From NCBI GenBank assembly GCA_963668025.2, contig CAXXTH010000010.1:864001-928000 (forward strand): 64,000 nucleotides of DNA, given 5' to 3'. Source of the stretch: Candidatus Hydrogenedentota bacterium. GTDB taxonomy: Bacteria > Hydrogenedentota > Hydrogenedentia > Hydrogenedentales > SLHB01. The notes under the pieces are model-generated. The model worked only from the letters and a program-made list of their open reading frames with translations, was not told the origin of the DNA and made no database searches. Every line of letters begins with the position of its first letter. Positions within the stretch are counted from its first letter, which is position 1. A program made the translations under genes and the position numbers. Of the stretch, positions 50,878 to 59,986 are shown piece by piece.

Positions 50878-52083
50878 TTATTCCCCTCTTAGCTTCATCC
50901 GCTCGCGCCGCACGGCCCATTCGCTGGCGAGGTTGCATGCGAATGAGATCACGAGCAGCAGGAGGGCCATGGCGAACAGCACATGGTAGCGGGCGGAGCC
51001 GGTGACTTGATCGGCCTCGCCCATGTCGCCTGCGATGGTCGCGGTGAGCGTGCGCACGGGCTCGATAAAGCTATGTAACACTTCAAATGGGCTGTAGATG
51101 GGGGATGGCATCTGAGGCGCATTGCCGGAGGCCATCCAGACCACCATGGTCTCGCCCACGGCGCGCATCAGCCCGAGGATGATGGCGGCGGCGATGCCGC
51201 TCGATGCGGCGGGAATGATCACATGGAGCATGGTTTCAGCCCGTGTAGCGCCTAAGGCGTAGCTGGCTTCGCGCAACTCGCGCCCTGCGGCTTGCAGGGC
51301 GTCTTCGGATACGCTGACTATAGTGGGCAGCACCATAACGCCCAGGATGATCGATACGTTAAGGGCGTTGGTGCCGCTGGATATTTTAATGAGCATGGAG
51401 GAGGAGGCCACAAAGTATATCCCTACGAGCAGAAGGGCCGTAGAAAAGACGATGCATGCCATCCGGATAACGAGCTTGGGCCGATTTTGGACCCGCCGCG
51501 CGAGTATCTCTCCTAATAGAATTCCCGCCAAGATGCCTATTGGACCTCCTATGGCCCATACGCATACGGCGATGACGCCACCGCCGTGGTTCTGAAGCAT
51601 GGGGGCGAAGACCACTAAGGCGAAGAATCCATACGCCACAGACGGAATGCTTGCCAGCATCTCGATGACCGGCTTTACGAATTGGCGCGCGGAGAAGGGA
51701 AGCACGTCACTGAGGCAAACCGCGGCGGTGATGCCGAGGGGGACCGCGAAAATCACCGCCCCAATCGTGACGATGAAACTGCCATATATGATGGCTAGCG
51801 CGCCAAACTCGGGATGGGCGGCGTTTGAAGGATACCATCGGGCAGTGGTGAGAAATTCGAAGATTCCACGCTCTTGGAAGAAAGGGAGGGCGTCGCGGAT
51901 GATATAGATGAAGATAAACAATACGGCGAATGTGGATACGCTGGTGATCAGCAAGAGCAAGCTTTGCCCCACGAGCGAGCTTAGCCTGCGCCGGAAGCTG
52001 GCCCCTTTGGTAAGGAGAAGGCTGTTGCCCGGTCGCGCCGCGTTATGAGGGCTTGCCGATATATCTACATGTGGTTGCTTCAA
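50878..52083 (-). CDS. pstC: Phosphate ABC permease PstC
   Basis: LASIPSVAYG, RAVGETMVV. Confidence 0.93.
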   Translation of the reverse strand: MKQPHVDISASPHNAARPGNSLLLTKGASFRRRLSSLVGQSLLLLITSVSTFAVLFIFIYIIRDALPFFQERGIFEFLTTARWYPSNAAHPEFGALAIIYGSFIVTIGAVIFAVPLGITAAVCLSDVLPFSARQFVKPVIEMLASIPSVAYGFFALVVFAPMLQNHGGGVIAVCVWAIGGPIGILAGILLGEILARRVQNRPKLVIRMACIVFSTALLLVGIYFVASSSMLIKISSGTNALNVSIILGVMVLPTIVSVSEDALQAAGRELREASYALGATRAETMLHVIIPAASSGIAAAIILGLMRAVGETMVVWMASGNAPQMPSPIYSPFEVLHSFIEPVRTLTATIAGDMGEADQVTGSARYHVLFAMALLLLVISFACNLASEWAVRRERMKLRGE

Positions 52084-52101
52084 GATAAGGATTTCCTGGT
52101 T

Positions 52102-52140
52102 CTTCCCCCAGCCTGATCGAGAAAGGCAGGCTGGGGGAAG
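52102..52140 (-). terminator. Stem-loop between pstS and pstC
   Basis: CTTCCCCCAGCCTG...CAGGCTGGGGGAAG; terminator or mRNA-stabilising hairpin. Confidence 0.55.
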
Positions 52141-52162
52141 GCAGCCATGTTACAGATTAGCC

Positions 52163-52999
52163 TTAGTAATTCGTCACCGGGATAAAGCCCTTTTCCTCGA
52201 CCATCTTTTGGCCGTCTTGCGTGAGGTGAAGGGTGGTGAGCTTCCACAGGTTGGTGCCCATGGCCGGGACGCCGTTCGTGAACATGAACAGCGGGCGGGA
52301 GACGGGGTATTCGCCGCTTTTTACGGTTTCAGCCGTGGGTTCGATGTCATTGACTTTGATGGACTTGACGGTTTCGTCGATGAAGCCGATGCCCACATAA
52401 CCGATGGCGGCTTCGGTAGTGCCGACGCGGCCCTTCATTGCGCCGTTGCTGCCGACTGTCTCGACGCTCTCCGCCATCTTCTCTTTGTTCATAATCTTGC
52501 CTTCAAAGGTTTCGTAGGTGCCGCTGTTGGTGTCGCGGCTGATGACGACGATTTTGCTGTCCGGACCGCCGATTTCGTTCCAATTCGTGATTTTGCCCAT
52601 ATAAATGTCGCGGATCTGCTCGATTTTCAGCCCAGTGACCGGATTGCTAGGGTGCAAAATAACGGCAAGACCGTCCAGTGCGATGATGGTAGCGACTGGA
52701 ATCACTTGCTTTTCGATGCAGGCTTGATACTCGGTGTCTTTCATGAAACGCGACATGTTGGCGATGTTGCAGGTGCCATTCACAAGGGCCTTGGCTCCGT
52801 CGCCGCTGCCCGACTCACTCACGGTTACATTCACGCCAGGATTCTTCTGCATGTAGTAGTCAGCAAACGCCTTGGCAATCGGGCCGACCGTGGTCGAACC
52901 CACCATGGTGAGCTCTTCGGCCGAAGCTACGCTTGCCACGCCCAGCAGAGCTACTGCCAGCGTACAGGCTACTGAAACCGTTTTAAATCTCATCGTCAT
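52163..52999 (-). CDS. pstS: Phosphate-binding protein
   Basis: Signal peptide; GSTTV, GSGDG, MSR, SGTYETF, YPVSRPLF. Confidence 0.93.
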   Translation of the reverse strand: MTMRFKTVSVACTLAVALLGVASVASAEELTMVGSTTVGPIAKAFADYYMQKNPGVNVTVSESGSGDGAKALVNGTCNIANMSRFMKDTEYQACIEKQVIPVATIIALDGLAVILHPSNPVTGLKIEQIRDIYMGKITNWNEIGGPDSKIVVISRDTNSGTYETFEGKIMNKEKMAESVETVGSNGAMKGRVGTTEAAIGYVGIGFIDETVKSIKVNDIEPTAETVKSGEYPVSRPLFMFTNGVPAMGTNLWKLTTLHLTQDGQKMVEEKGFIPVTNY

Positions 53000-53226
53000 C
53001 TGGGTATCTCCTTTTTGACAGGTTGTGTGTTTCTGATCTATCGCCTATGCGCTTAGGCGGGCTATTCGGTTCGTAAAGTAAGCTGGAGGCGCGCCGTCCG
53101 CTTAATTCACGGAGACCAATGCCCTGCTTAGGCCCTATTCAACGCCCAGTTATCCGAAGCATCTTTTCTTCGGATCGCTTGGCGAAGCAGGGTGGGAAGG
53201 CGTACTCCGCCTGCCCACGAAGCCTG

Positions 53227-53269
53227 ACTATACCGTTCTCATGTTAGGGAATTGTGAGGAGCGTATTAG
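53227..53269 (-). promoter_or_regulatory. Pho-box-like direct repeats plus -10 upstream of pstS
   Basis: Minus strand CTAATAC-4-CTCACAA-4-CTAACAT (11-bp period), then TATAGT 8 nt downstream. Confidence 0.5.
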
Positions 53270-53483
53270 CGCTTGTCGAAATCAGTAACACGAAAAGGGG
53301 ATTTATGGATTTTTGCATTTATACCTAGCGCGGTTGGTCTGGACGACAATCCCGTTGGATACGGAGGATGGGAAAAAACCGCTGTCTTGGAGCGGCTTGA
53401 TTATAAAATGCTATTGCTTTCCCAACTCGAATAGGGGCATGCGACCATAAATGCCGGCACATGTCGCCTGGCTCGATGGGTAT

Positions 53484-54977
53484 TTATTTACTGTCCATAT
53501 ATCCCATATTTTCGAGCTGGGACTGCGTTTCGTCCGCGTCGTTTTCTGTCCGCCATGCACTGGGCAGTGGCTTAGCCGATGCGGCCCAGGCATCAAGCTG
53601 GGCTTTCAAGGAGGCTAGTTCAGTTTTCTGATCGGCGGTAGGCCCAGGGAGCAGATTCAGGCGTTCACGGGGATCCTGGGCTAGATCATAATATTCCGAA
53701 GTGCCCGCGTAGGGCGTCTCGATGTATTTGCGTGCATTCTGGCGTATGCATCTTGCTTTGGTTGCGTTCGGCCAGGAAGGATCGGTCTCCACTTCTTCCC
53801 AAGGCTGAGTTGCTTCGCTATACCGCACGCGCGATTCCATGCTGGATGCATTGGCTAGATCAATGGCTTCGGCGTCAATGCCTTCGGGGATGGGAAGCGC
53901 AAGTGTCTGCAATATGGTGGGGAAGAAATCCATGCTGGACATGACCCCGGGCACGCGGGTACCGCCATGGGCTCCATTAGGCAGGCGGGCCATGCCCACG
54001 ACGTTGATGCAATCATCGTATACCGTCTGGCCATGGGCGAAATAGGGCTCATGCTCCCATAAGGACTCGCCATGATCGCTTACCACCACCAAGAGCGATT
54101 GGGCGAGTATGCCTCGCGTGGTTAATTCGCTCAAGAGGCGTCCGATTTGGTTGTCCATGAAGGAGATTTCACCCGCATAGCGTTGCAACAGGCGGGGTTC
54201 CGCGGGCTCGCCGCGCCCCCGAGTCAACTCGCTGATGCGTCCTGCCACATCGGCCAAAGACTTTCCAGTCTCGGAAGGAATAGTGTCGTACATATGGAAG
54301 AATTCATCTGGGGGCGTATATGGCATATGGGCGTCGAAATAATGGATGAAGAGGAAGAGCGGCTTGCCGTCGTTTGGGGCGTTATCGAGATAGGAAAGCA
54401 CTGCGTCCGTCACTTCATTCGCGGGTCGTTCGTAGGCGGGCGTGCCGTCTCCTGCTTCCACCGTGAAATGTTCGTCGTAATGCTCGAATCCTTGGTTGAA
54501 TCCGAAGCGTTGCGACAACGGCATAGCGCCCAGGAAGGCTGCCGTGTGATAGCCCGCATTGTGCAGGATTTCCGCAAGCATGGTGTTATCCGCGTTTACG
54601 GTGAATCCATTGCGTGGCGTGCCATGGGTATGAGGATATTTACCAGTAAACAGGGAGGTGTGTGCGGCAAGCGTGCTTGGCGCGGGTGTGATGCAGTGTT
54701 CGAAGAGGATGCTTTCTTTGGCCAGCGCATCCAGATTGGGCGTTTTTGCCCAAGGATGGCCATAACAGCCCAAATAATCAGGGCGGGTAGTGTCTAGTGA
54801 TATAAGTATGACATGGCGCGGCGGCGCTGCCTCTGCTTCGGGTGTGGCTGCAACGGGAAGAGTAGGCGGCTTCATGCCAGGAGACGGCTCTTCGGATGGC
54901 TGGTGAAGAAACCAATAACCGCCTGCCGCTACGCCGATACATAACGCCAGCGCTAATAAAATCCCGATAATTCGCAT
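53484..54977 (-). CDS. Membrane-anchored sulfatase/alkaline phosphatase superfamily hydrolase
   Basis: ISLDTTR, TPNLD, STLAAHTSLFTG, SDHGE, YDLAQDPRE. Confidence 0.85.
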   Translation of the reverse strand: MRIIGILLALALCIGVAAGGYWFLHQPSEEPSPGMKPPTLPVAATPEAEAAPPRHVILISLDTTRPDYLGCYGHPWAKTPNLDALAKESILFEHCITPAPSTLAAHTSLFTGKYPHTHGTPRNGFTVNADNTMLAEILHNAGYHTAAFLGAMPLSQRFGFNQGFEHYDEHFTVEAGDGTPAYERPANEVTDAVLSYLDNAPNDGKPLFLFIHYFDAHMPYTPPDEFFHMYDTIPSETGKSLADVAGRISELTRGRGEPAEPRLLQRYAGEISFMDNQIGRLLSELTTRGILAQSLLVVVSDHGESLWEHEPYFAHGQTVYDDCINVVGMARLPNGAHGGTRVPGVMSSMDFFPTILQTLALPIPEGIDAEAIDLANASSMESRVRYSEATQPWEEVETDPSWPNATKARCIRQNARKYIETPYAGTSEYYDLAQDPRERLNLLPGPTADQKTELASLKAQLDAWAASAKPLPSAWRTENDADETQSQLENMGYMDSK

Positions 54978-55057
54978 GAATTCCGTCCCAATGGTTACAG
55001 TAAATCCAAACAGTTGGATGGTAGCAAAGCGCCGCAAGGCGGTCAATTGGAAATCAA

Positions 55058-55116
55058 AGGGACAGGCTACGATTCGCGAATATGCGAAGAGTAAGCATTA
55101 TTCGTAGCCTGTCCCT
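55058..55116. repeat. Inverted repeat element
   Basis: AGGGACAGGCTACGA ... TCGTAGCCTGTCCCT (15-bp arms). Confidence 0.6.
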
Positions 55117-55155
55117 GCGTCTATAAACCACTCCAGCATCAAGAGCGCGCGCCGT

Positions 55156-56847
55156 TCAGATTTGGGCCGCCTTGACGGGTTTCGCTTTTGATATCATGCG
55201 CACCGCCTCAATGATGAGCCAGACAGATAGAACCAACAAGGTGATGCCGACAATACCGGATAGGAGGATGTCTGGTTTGATCGAACCGCTTTGCATCCAG
55301 CCAGGAAGCGTGCGGAGGAAAGTGAGAATTTGGAGGCTTAACGACCATAAGGTCATTACCATCATAAAGGCCATGGGAATCACCGTATACAGCACGTTTC
55401 GACCAGTCCGTTTGAGCCAGACGGATACGGCCATCAGTGTGAGGCTGGCCAGGAGCTGGTTGCTGGTGCCGAAGATGGGCCATGCGGCGAGATAACCTTT
55501 TTCTTTTGTGACCATGAGGATGATGAATGGCAACGCAAGCGTGAGGAATGTAGCGAACACGGCGCCAGCAGTTGTTTTCCAGCCAAGCAATTCTTGAAGC
55601 ACATAGCGGCCAAGGCGTGTGCTCACGTCAAGGGTGTCATAAACAAAAGTGGAGAACGCCAGGAGCGCGAATGCGAGGGCGGTATTGTAGTCGATGCCGA
55701 TCTTGCCCATGTATTGGGCGAGTCCTCCGGCATAGATGAGATTGGGCGCTTGCTTCAGCATGGGATCCTCTGGCTTGAGCATCATTACGGTGGCGAGAGC
55801 GAGCACGGCTACGAGCGCTTCGAGCAGCATGGCGCCGTAGCCCACCACCCGGGCGTCGGACTCCTTCTTCAACTGCTTCGATGTAGTGCCAGACGACACA
55901 ATGGCGTGGAAGCCGGAGCATGCGCCGCATGCGACGGTGATGAATAGAATGGGAATCAATGGTGCGCCGCTTTTGATGCTGTGCAGTCCTTCGGTGTTCC
56001 ATGCGGGATACTGGATGGCGTAGCCGCCGAATACTCCTCCCAATAACCCGGCGAATATGGTCGCATATAGGAACCAGCCGCCGAGGTATCCTCGAGGCTG
56101 AAGCAATAGCCACATTGGAATAAGCGACGCTACGAAGCAATATGCGAGCAAGAGGATATCCCATTGCTTGACGGAAATTTTGGCAAGGAAATCCATTACA
56201 GATTGGGGGGCATGGGGCCCAATGTAAACCGCTAAAAGCACCAGGGGCAGAAAGATGATCGTGGCGAGGGTGAGATTCATTTTGAACTTGTATAACAATA
56301 TGCCCAGCGCCACCCCCAGCACCAGATACAGGCCGGATGATACGGCCACACCAGGGCCAAAAGGCGTTTCCGCAGTGACATATTTAAAAGTCTGGCCCGT
56401 GATGTCCGTGAACGCCACGATGACATAGACAAGGGTCAGCCATATGAACGACAAGAAGAGGATATGCGCGGTGGGAGACATGTATTGCCGCGCCAGTTCG
56501 CCTACGGAAGAGCCTTTGTGCCGGACGGAGGCGAGCAGGCTCGACATGTCATGCACGCCGCCGATGAATATAGCGCCCACCAGGATCCAAAGCAGGGCGG
56601 GCGCCCAGCCGAACAGGATTCCCGCCAGGATAGGCCCTACAATGGGGCCAGCAGCGGCGATAGCGCTGAAATGCTGGCCTATCAATAGGCTTGAGCGGGC
56701 AGGGACGAAATCCACGCCATCATTGATTTCACAAGCGGGCGTAGGCCGGCTGTTATCCAATCCCAATTGGCGGGACAAGTAACGCCCATAAAAGAGATAA
56801 CCAGCCGCCAGCAAGACAGTCATTACAAGCACTACGATAGTAATCAT
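55156..56847 (-). CDS. cstA: Carbon starvation protein A family transporter
   Basis: HFSAIAAAGPIVGP, LLQPRGY, ACGACSGFH, FGTSNQLLA. Confidence 0.92.
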   Translation of the reverse strand: MITIVVLVMTVLLAAGYLFYGRYLSRQLGLDNSRPTPACEINDGVDFVPARSSLLIGQHFSAIAAAGPIVGPILAGILFGWAPALLWILVGAIFIGGVHDMSSLLASVRHKGSSVGELARQYMSPTAHILFLSFIWLTLVYVIVAFTDITGQTFKYVTAETPFGPGVAVSSGLYLVLGVALGILLYKFKMNLTLATIIFLPLVLLAVYIGPHAPQSVMDFLAKISVKQWDILLLAYCFVASLIPMWLLLQPRGYLGGWFLYATIFAGLLGGVFGGYAIQYPAWNTEGLHSIKSGAPLIPILFITVACGACSGFHAIVSSGTTSKQLKKESDARVVGYGAMLLEALVAVLALATVMMLKPEDPMLKQAPNLIYAGGLAQYMGKIGIDYNTALAFALLAFSTFVYDTLDVSTRLGRYVLQELLGWKTTAGAVFATFLTLALPFIILMVTKEKGYLAAWPIFGTSNQLLASLTLMAVSVWLKRTGRNVLYTVIPMAFMMVMTLWSLSLQILTFLRTLPGWMQSGSIKPDILLSGIVGITLLVLSVWLIIEAVRMISKAKPVKAAQI

Positions 56848-57008
56848 GTCCGATTTTTTCCCCGTTGTGCGCCTGGGCGGATGCGGTAATCGAAGCTGCA
56901 TTCTTCAGGCATGACAAAAGTTAGGCTCCGCTTCATTATGCCACACCCGGCAGGCGTATCAAAGAGGCCGCCGCGTATACCGGCATGCCTTGGCGCTTTG
57001 TCGTGGCT

Positions 57009-57102
57009 CCCGCCCCCATAAAATGAGCCATTAGCGATGATAGCATCTTCGTCGAGCAAAAAGGATTCTATCATCGCTAATGGCTCATTTTATGGGGGCG
57101 GG
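57009..57102. repeat. Perfect 35-bp inverted repeat next to the CRISPR array
   Basis: CCCGCCCCCATAAAATGAGCCATTAGCGATGATAG, 24-nt loop, exact reverse complement. Confidence 0.85.
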
Positions 57103-57121
57103 CGGCTGTTTACACCTACCC

Positions 57122-58674
57122 GCTGTGGTTTGAGGGGAATCTCCGCTCAGGTATAATCTTCATGGCTGATACCAACACGCCCGACGCGCTGTGGTTTGAG
57201 GGGAATCTCCGCTCAGGTATAATTAGCATTCAATTCATCCCATAGCCGCGCATGCTGTGGTTTGAGGGGAATCTCCGCTCAGGTATAATCGTATGGGGCA
57301 CGGTCTTTTTTAGACCTAGCTGTGGTTTGAGGGGAATCTCCGCTCAGGTATAATCTAACGCACAGCGGCGGATACTTACCCTGGGCTGTGGTTTGAGGGG
57401 AATCTCCGCTCAGGTATAATCAGCGTATTAATGCGCTATACTAATGTCCAGCTGTGGTTTGAGGGGAATCTCCGCTCAGGTATAATCGGTGCGCCAGTGG
57501 TGCTTGATGACATAAAGCTGTGGTTTGAGGGGAATCTCCGCTCAGGTATAATCGACAGGAAAATCTGCCATGCATGAAATACGGCTGTGGTTTGAGGGGA
57601 ATCTCCGCTCAGGTATAATTACGCTGGACGCCGATCAACTCATGGGCGTGCTGTGGTTTGAGGGGAATCTCCGCTCAGGTATAATCTAGACCCGAATAAT
57701 ACTGATATCGAGGTAGCTGTGGTTTGAGGGGAATCTCCGCTCAGGTATAATGCCGCACGTGGACCTAAACGACTTAGTAGAGCTGTGGTTTGAGGGGAAT
57801 CTCCGCTCAGGTATAATCAGTATTGATGAAACTGCTTGCTGGTCTAGGCTGTGGTTTGAGGGGAATCTCCGCTCAGGTATAATTGGCTGTGTTTACGGTA
57901 AGCTGGCGCTTTCGCTGTGGTTTGAGGGGAATCTCCGCTCAGGTATAATATCAACGCGCCATTACTCAATTCATTAAATGCTGTGGTTTGAGGGGAATCT
58001 CCGCTCAGGTATAATGAGGCATCACAAAACGCCTTGCTGATTTCAGCTGTGGTTTGAGGGGAATCTCCGCTCAGGTATAATAACAAAACGGCGCGCCAGT
58101 CAATGAATCAAGCTGTGGTTTGAGGGGAATCTCCGCTCAGGTATAATGACACGCATAGCGTTTAAGGCATGCAAGGAGCTGTGGTTTGAGGGGAATCTCC
58201 GCTCAGGTATAATTGTTGTCCTTGCGCTATTACTAAACCATGGCTGTGGTTTGAGGGGAATCTCCGCTCAGGTATAATTGGAATCTCGTTGCCTTGCTTC
58301 CAACTCAAGCTGTGGTTTGAGGGGAATCTCCGCTCAGGTATAATTTTTTGGCCTCTTCTAAAATAGTTTGGTAAGCTGTGGTTTGAGGGGAATCTCCGCT
58401 CAGGTATAATCTATTTCACGGCAGAGCAAGATAGCCCGGGGCTGTGGTTTGAGGGGAATCTCCGCTCAGGTATAATCATTATAGCCACCACAAGTGAGTA
58501 TGGGGGGCTGTGGTTTGAGGGGAATCTCCGCTCAGGTATAATCCGTGGTGGGCAACACCTTCATGGCTACTAGCTGTGGTTTGAGGGGAATCTCCGCTCA
58601 GGTATAATAAAAGGAGCGATCAAATGGAACAAAAGTACGCTGTGGTTTGAGGGGAATCTCCGCTCAGGTATAAT
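57122..58674 (+). CRISPR. Type II-C CRISPR array, 24 repeats / 23 spacers
   Basis: 36-bp repeat GCTGTGGTTTGAGGGGAATCTCCGCTCAGGTATAAT; unique 29-31 bp spacers; + strand inferred from the tracrRNA complement and terminal TATAAT. Confidence 0.98.
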
Positions 58675-58725
58675 TATTCCTCCCCGAAGCCCTTGATTTC
58701 GGGGGGGATACGCCCCATCTGGGCG

Positions 58726-59079
58726 TCAAAAAAGCAGGAGTTGCGGCGGCGGCTCTTCGGTGGGCTGTTGCTTTTTCCCGTAGAACACTTCCATTTTGCC
58801 GAACTGCCGGTCGGTCACGGCGAGGAGGCGGACGTGCCCGCCGGGGGGAATGGCCTTGCGGATGCGGGCGCGGTGGGCTTGGCTGCTTTCCTCGTCGGGG
58901 TAGTAGCGGGCGTAGACCGAGAATTGCATCATCGAGAAGCCTTCCTTGAGGAGTTCGTTGCGGAACTTGGTGTAGCGCCGCCGGTCTTCGTCGGACACGA
59001 CGGGCAGATCGAACATGGTGAAAAGCCACACGCCTCTATACTCCGATAGTTCGAGCCGGGCTTGTTCCTTGCCGGACAT
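58726..59079 (-). CDS. cas2: CRISPR-associated Cas2
   Basis: MFDLPV, FRNELLKEGFSMMQFSVY, VTDRQF. Confidence 0.96.
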   Translation of the reverse strand: MSGKEQARLELSEYRGVWLFTMFDLPVVSDEDRRRYTKFRNELLKEGFSMMQFSVYARYYPDEESSQAHRARIRKAIPPGGHVRLLAVTDRQFGKMEVFYGKKQQPTEEPPPQLLLF

Positions 59080-59095
59080 GGCCGTCCGCGCTCCT

Positions 59096-59986
59096 CTACA
59101 GTTCAGGCAGCAGCAAATCCTTTCGTTCCCCCTCGAACACTTGCGCCAGCGACGCCGTCATGCGCGCGAGGATGTCGAACAGCCCCCGGACTTCGCCGTC
59201 CACATCGAAGCGCTGCGTGACAGCGCCGATGAACGCCGCCTTGGCGGCTTTATCAAGGGGCGCTTCCTTGCCGTATTGGTGGATGTGGTGGAGGACGGCC
59301 CGGTCCACCAAGGGGCGGAACGGCTCCATGAGGTCATCGGCGAGGGGAAAGGCGTCATATCGGTTGTGGTGGTGAAGCCCGAGGGAGGGGTGGAGGCCCG
59401 AGGCGCAGATGGCCCGGGCTGTCATGGCCCGCAGCACGGCGTAGCCGTAGTTGAGCAGGGGATTGGGCGGCGGGCCTTCGCGCTGCCGCCGGAATTCTGG
59501 GTCATCGAAGAGGGCGGGCCAATAGCGCCGTGCGGCCTGCCCCTCGAGGTTATCCGGATCGCCCGAGCGCACGCGCAGGGCCATGGCGCAGAGGCCCTTG
59601 TCGACGCCCCGGAAATCGAGGAGGATGCGCCCTTGCAGCCCCACTTTGGCCTGGATGAGCTGCCGCCACAGCCGTTTGCAGGTGGGCAGCGCCGCAGCCG
59701 CCTGCCGCGCGAAGCGTTCCGACTGGCGATGGTGCCCCTCGATGGGCAGCATGAGGGCGCAGGGCAAATGCTGGGCGTCGCACACCACCAGCACGCCGCC
59801 GTGCCGGGCGAGGCCCGTGAGGACGGCGTGCGAGTAGGAGACGGCGGCGTTGCTCACGAGCAACACCGCCAGCTCATCCAAGGGCGTGGACACTTCCGGG
59901 CCTTCATGCGGCTCGATACGGAGCTGTTCGAGCCGCACGCTCAGCCGCGCGCCTTGCCCCGATATATCGAGGATGCGGTCAGTCAT
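59096..59986 (-). CDS. cas1: CRISPR-associated Cas1 (type II)
   Basis: NLEGQAARRYW, LLNYGYAVLR, GLHHHN, LADDLMEPFRP; ATG overlaps the cas9 stop. Confidence 0.96.
   Translation of the reverse strand: MTDRILDISGQGARLSVRLEQLRIEPHEGPEVSTPLDELAVLLVSNAAVSYSHAVLTGLARHGGVLVVCDAQHLPCALMLPIEGHHRQSERFARQAAAALPTCKRLWRQLIQAKVGLQGRILLDFRGVDKGLCAMALRVRSGDPDNLEGQAARRYWPALFDDPEFRRQREGPPPNPLLNYGYAVLRAMTARAICASGLHPSLGLHHHNRYDAFPLADDLMEPFRPLVDRAVLHHIHQYGKEAPLDKAAKAAFIGAVTQRFDVDGEVRGLFDILARMTASLAQVFEGERKDLLLPEL

Noticed and set aside
57750-58086. ORFs inside the CRISPR array
   Set aside because: Artefacts of the 66-bp repeat-spacer period
57158-58638. Self-targeting or duplicated spacers
   Set aside because: By eye only a 10-nt overlap (CTTCATGGCT in spacers 1 and 22) and no full match in the window; a BLASTN is needed to exclude this
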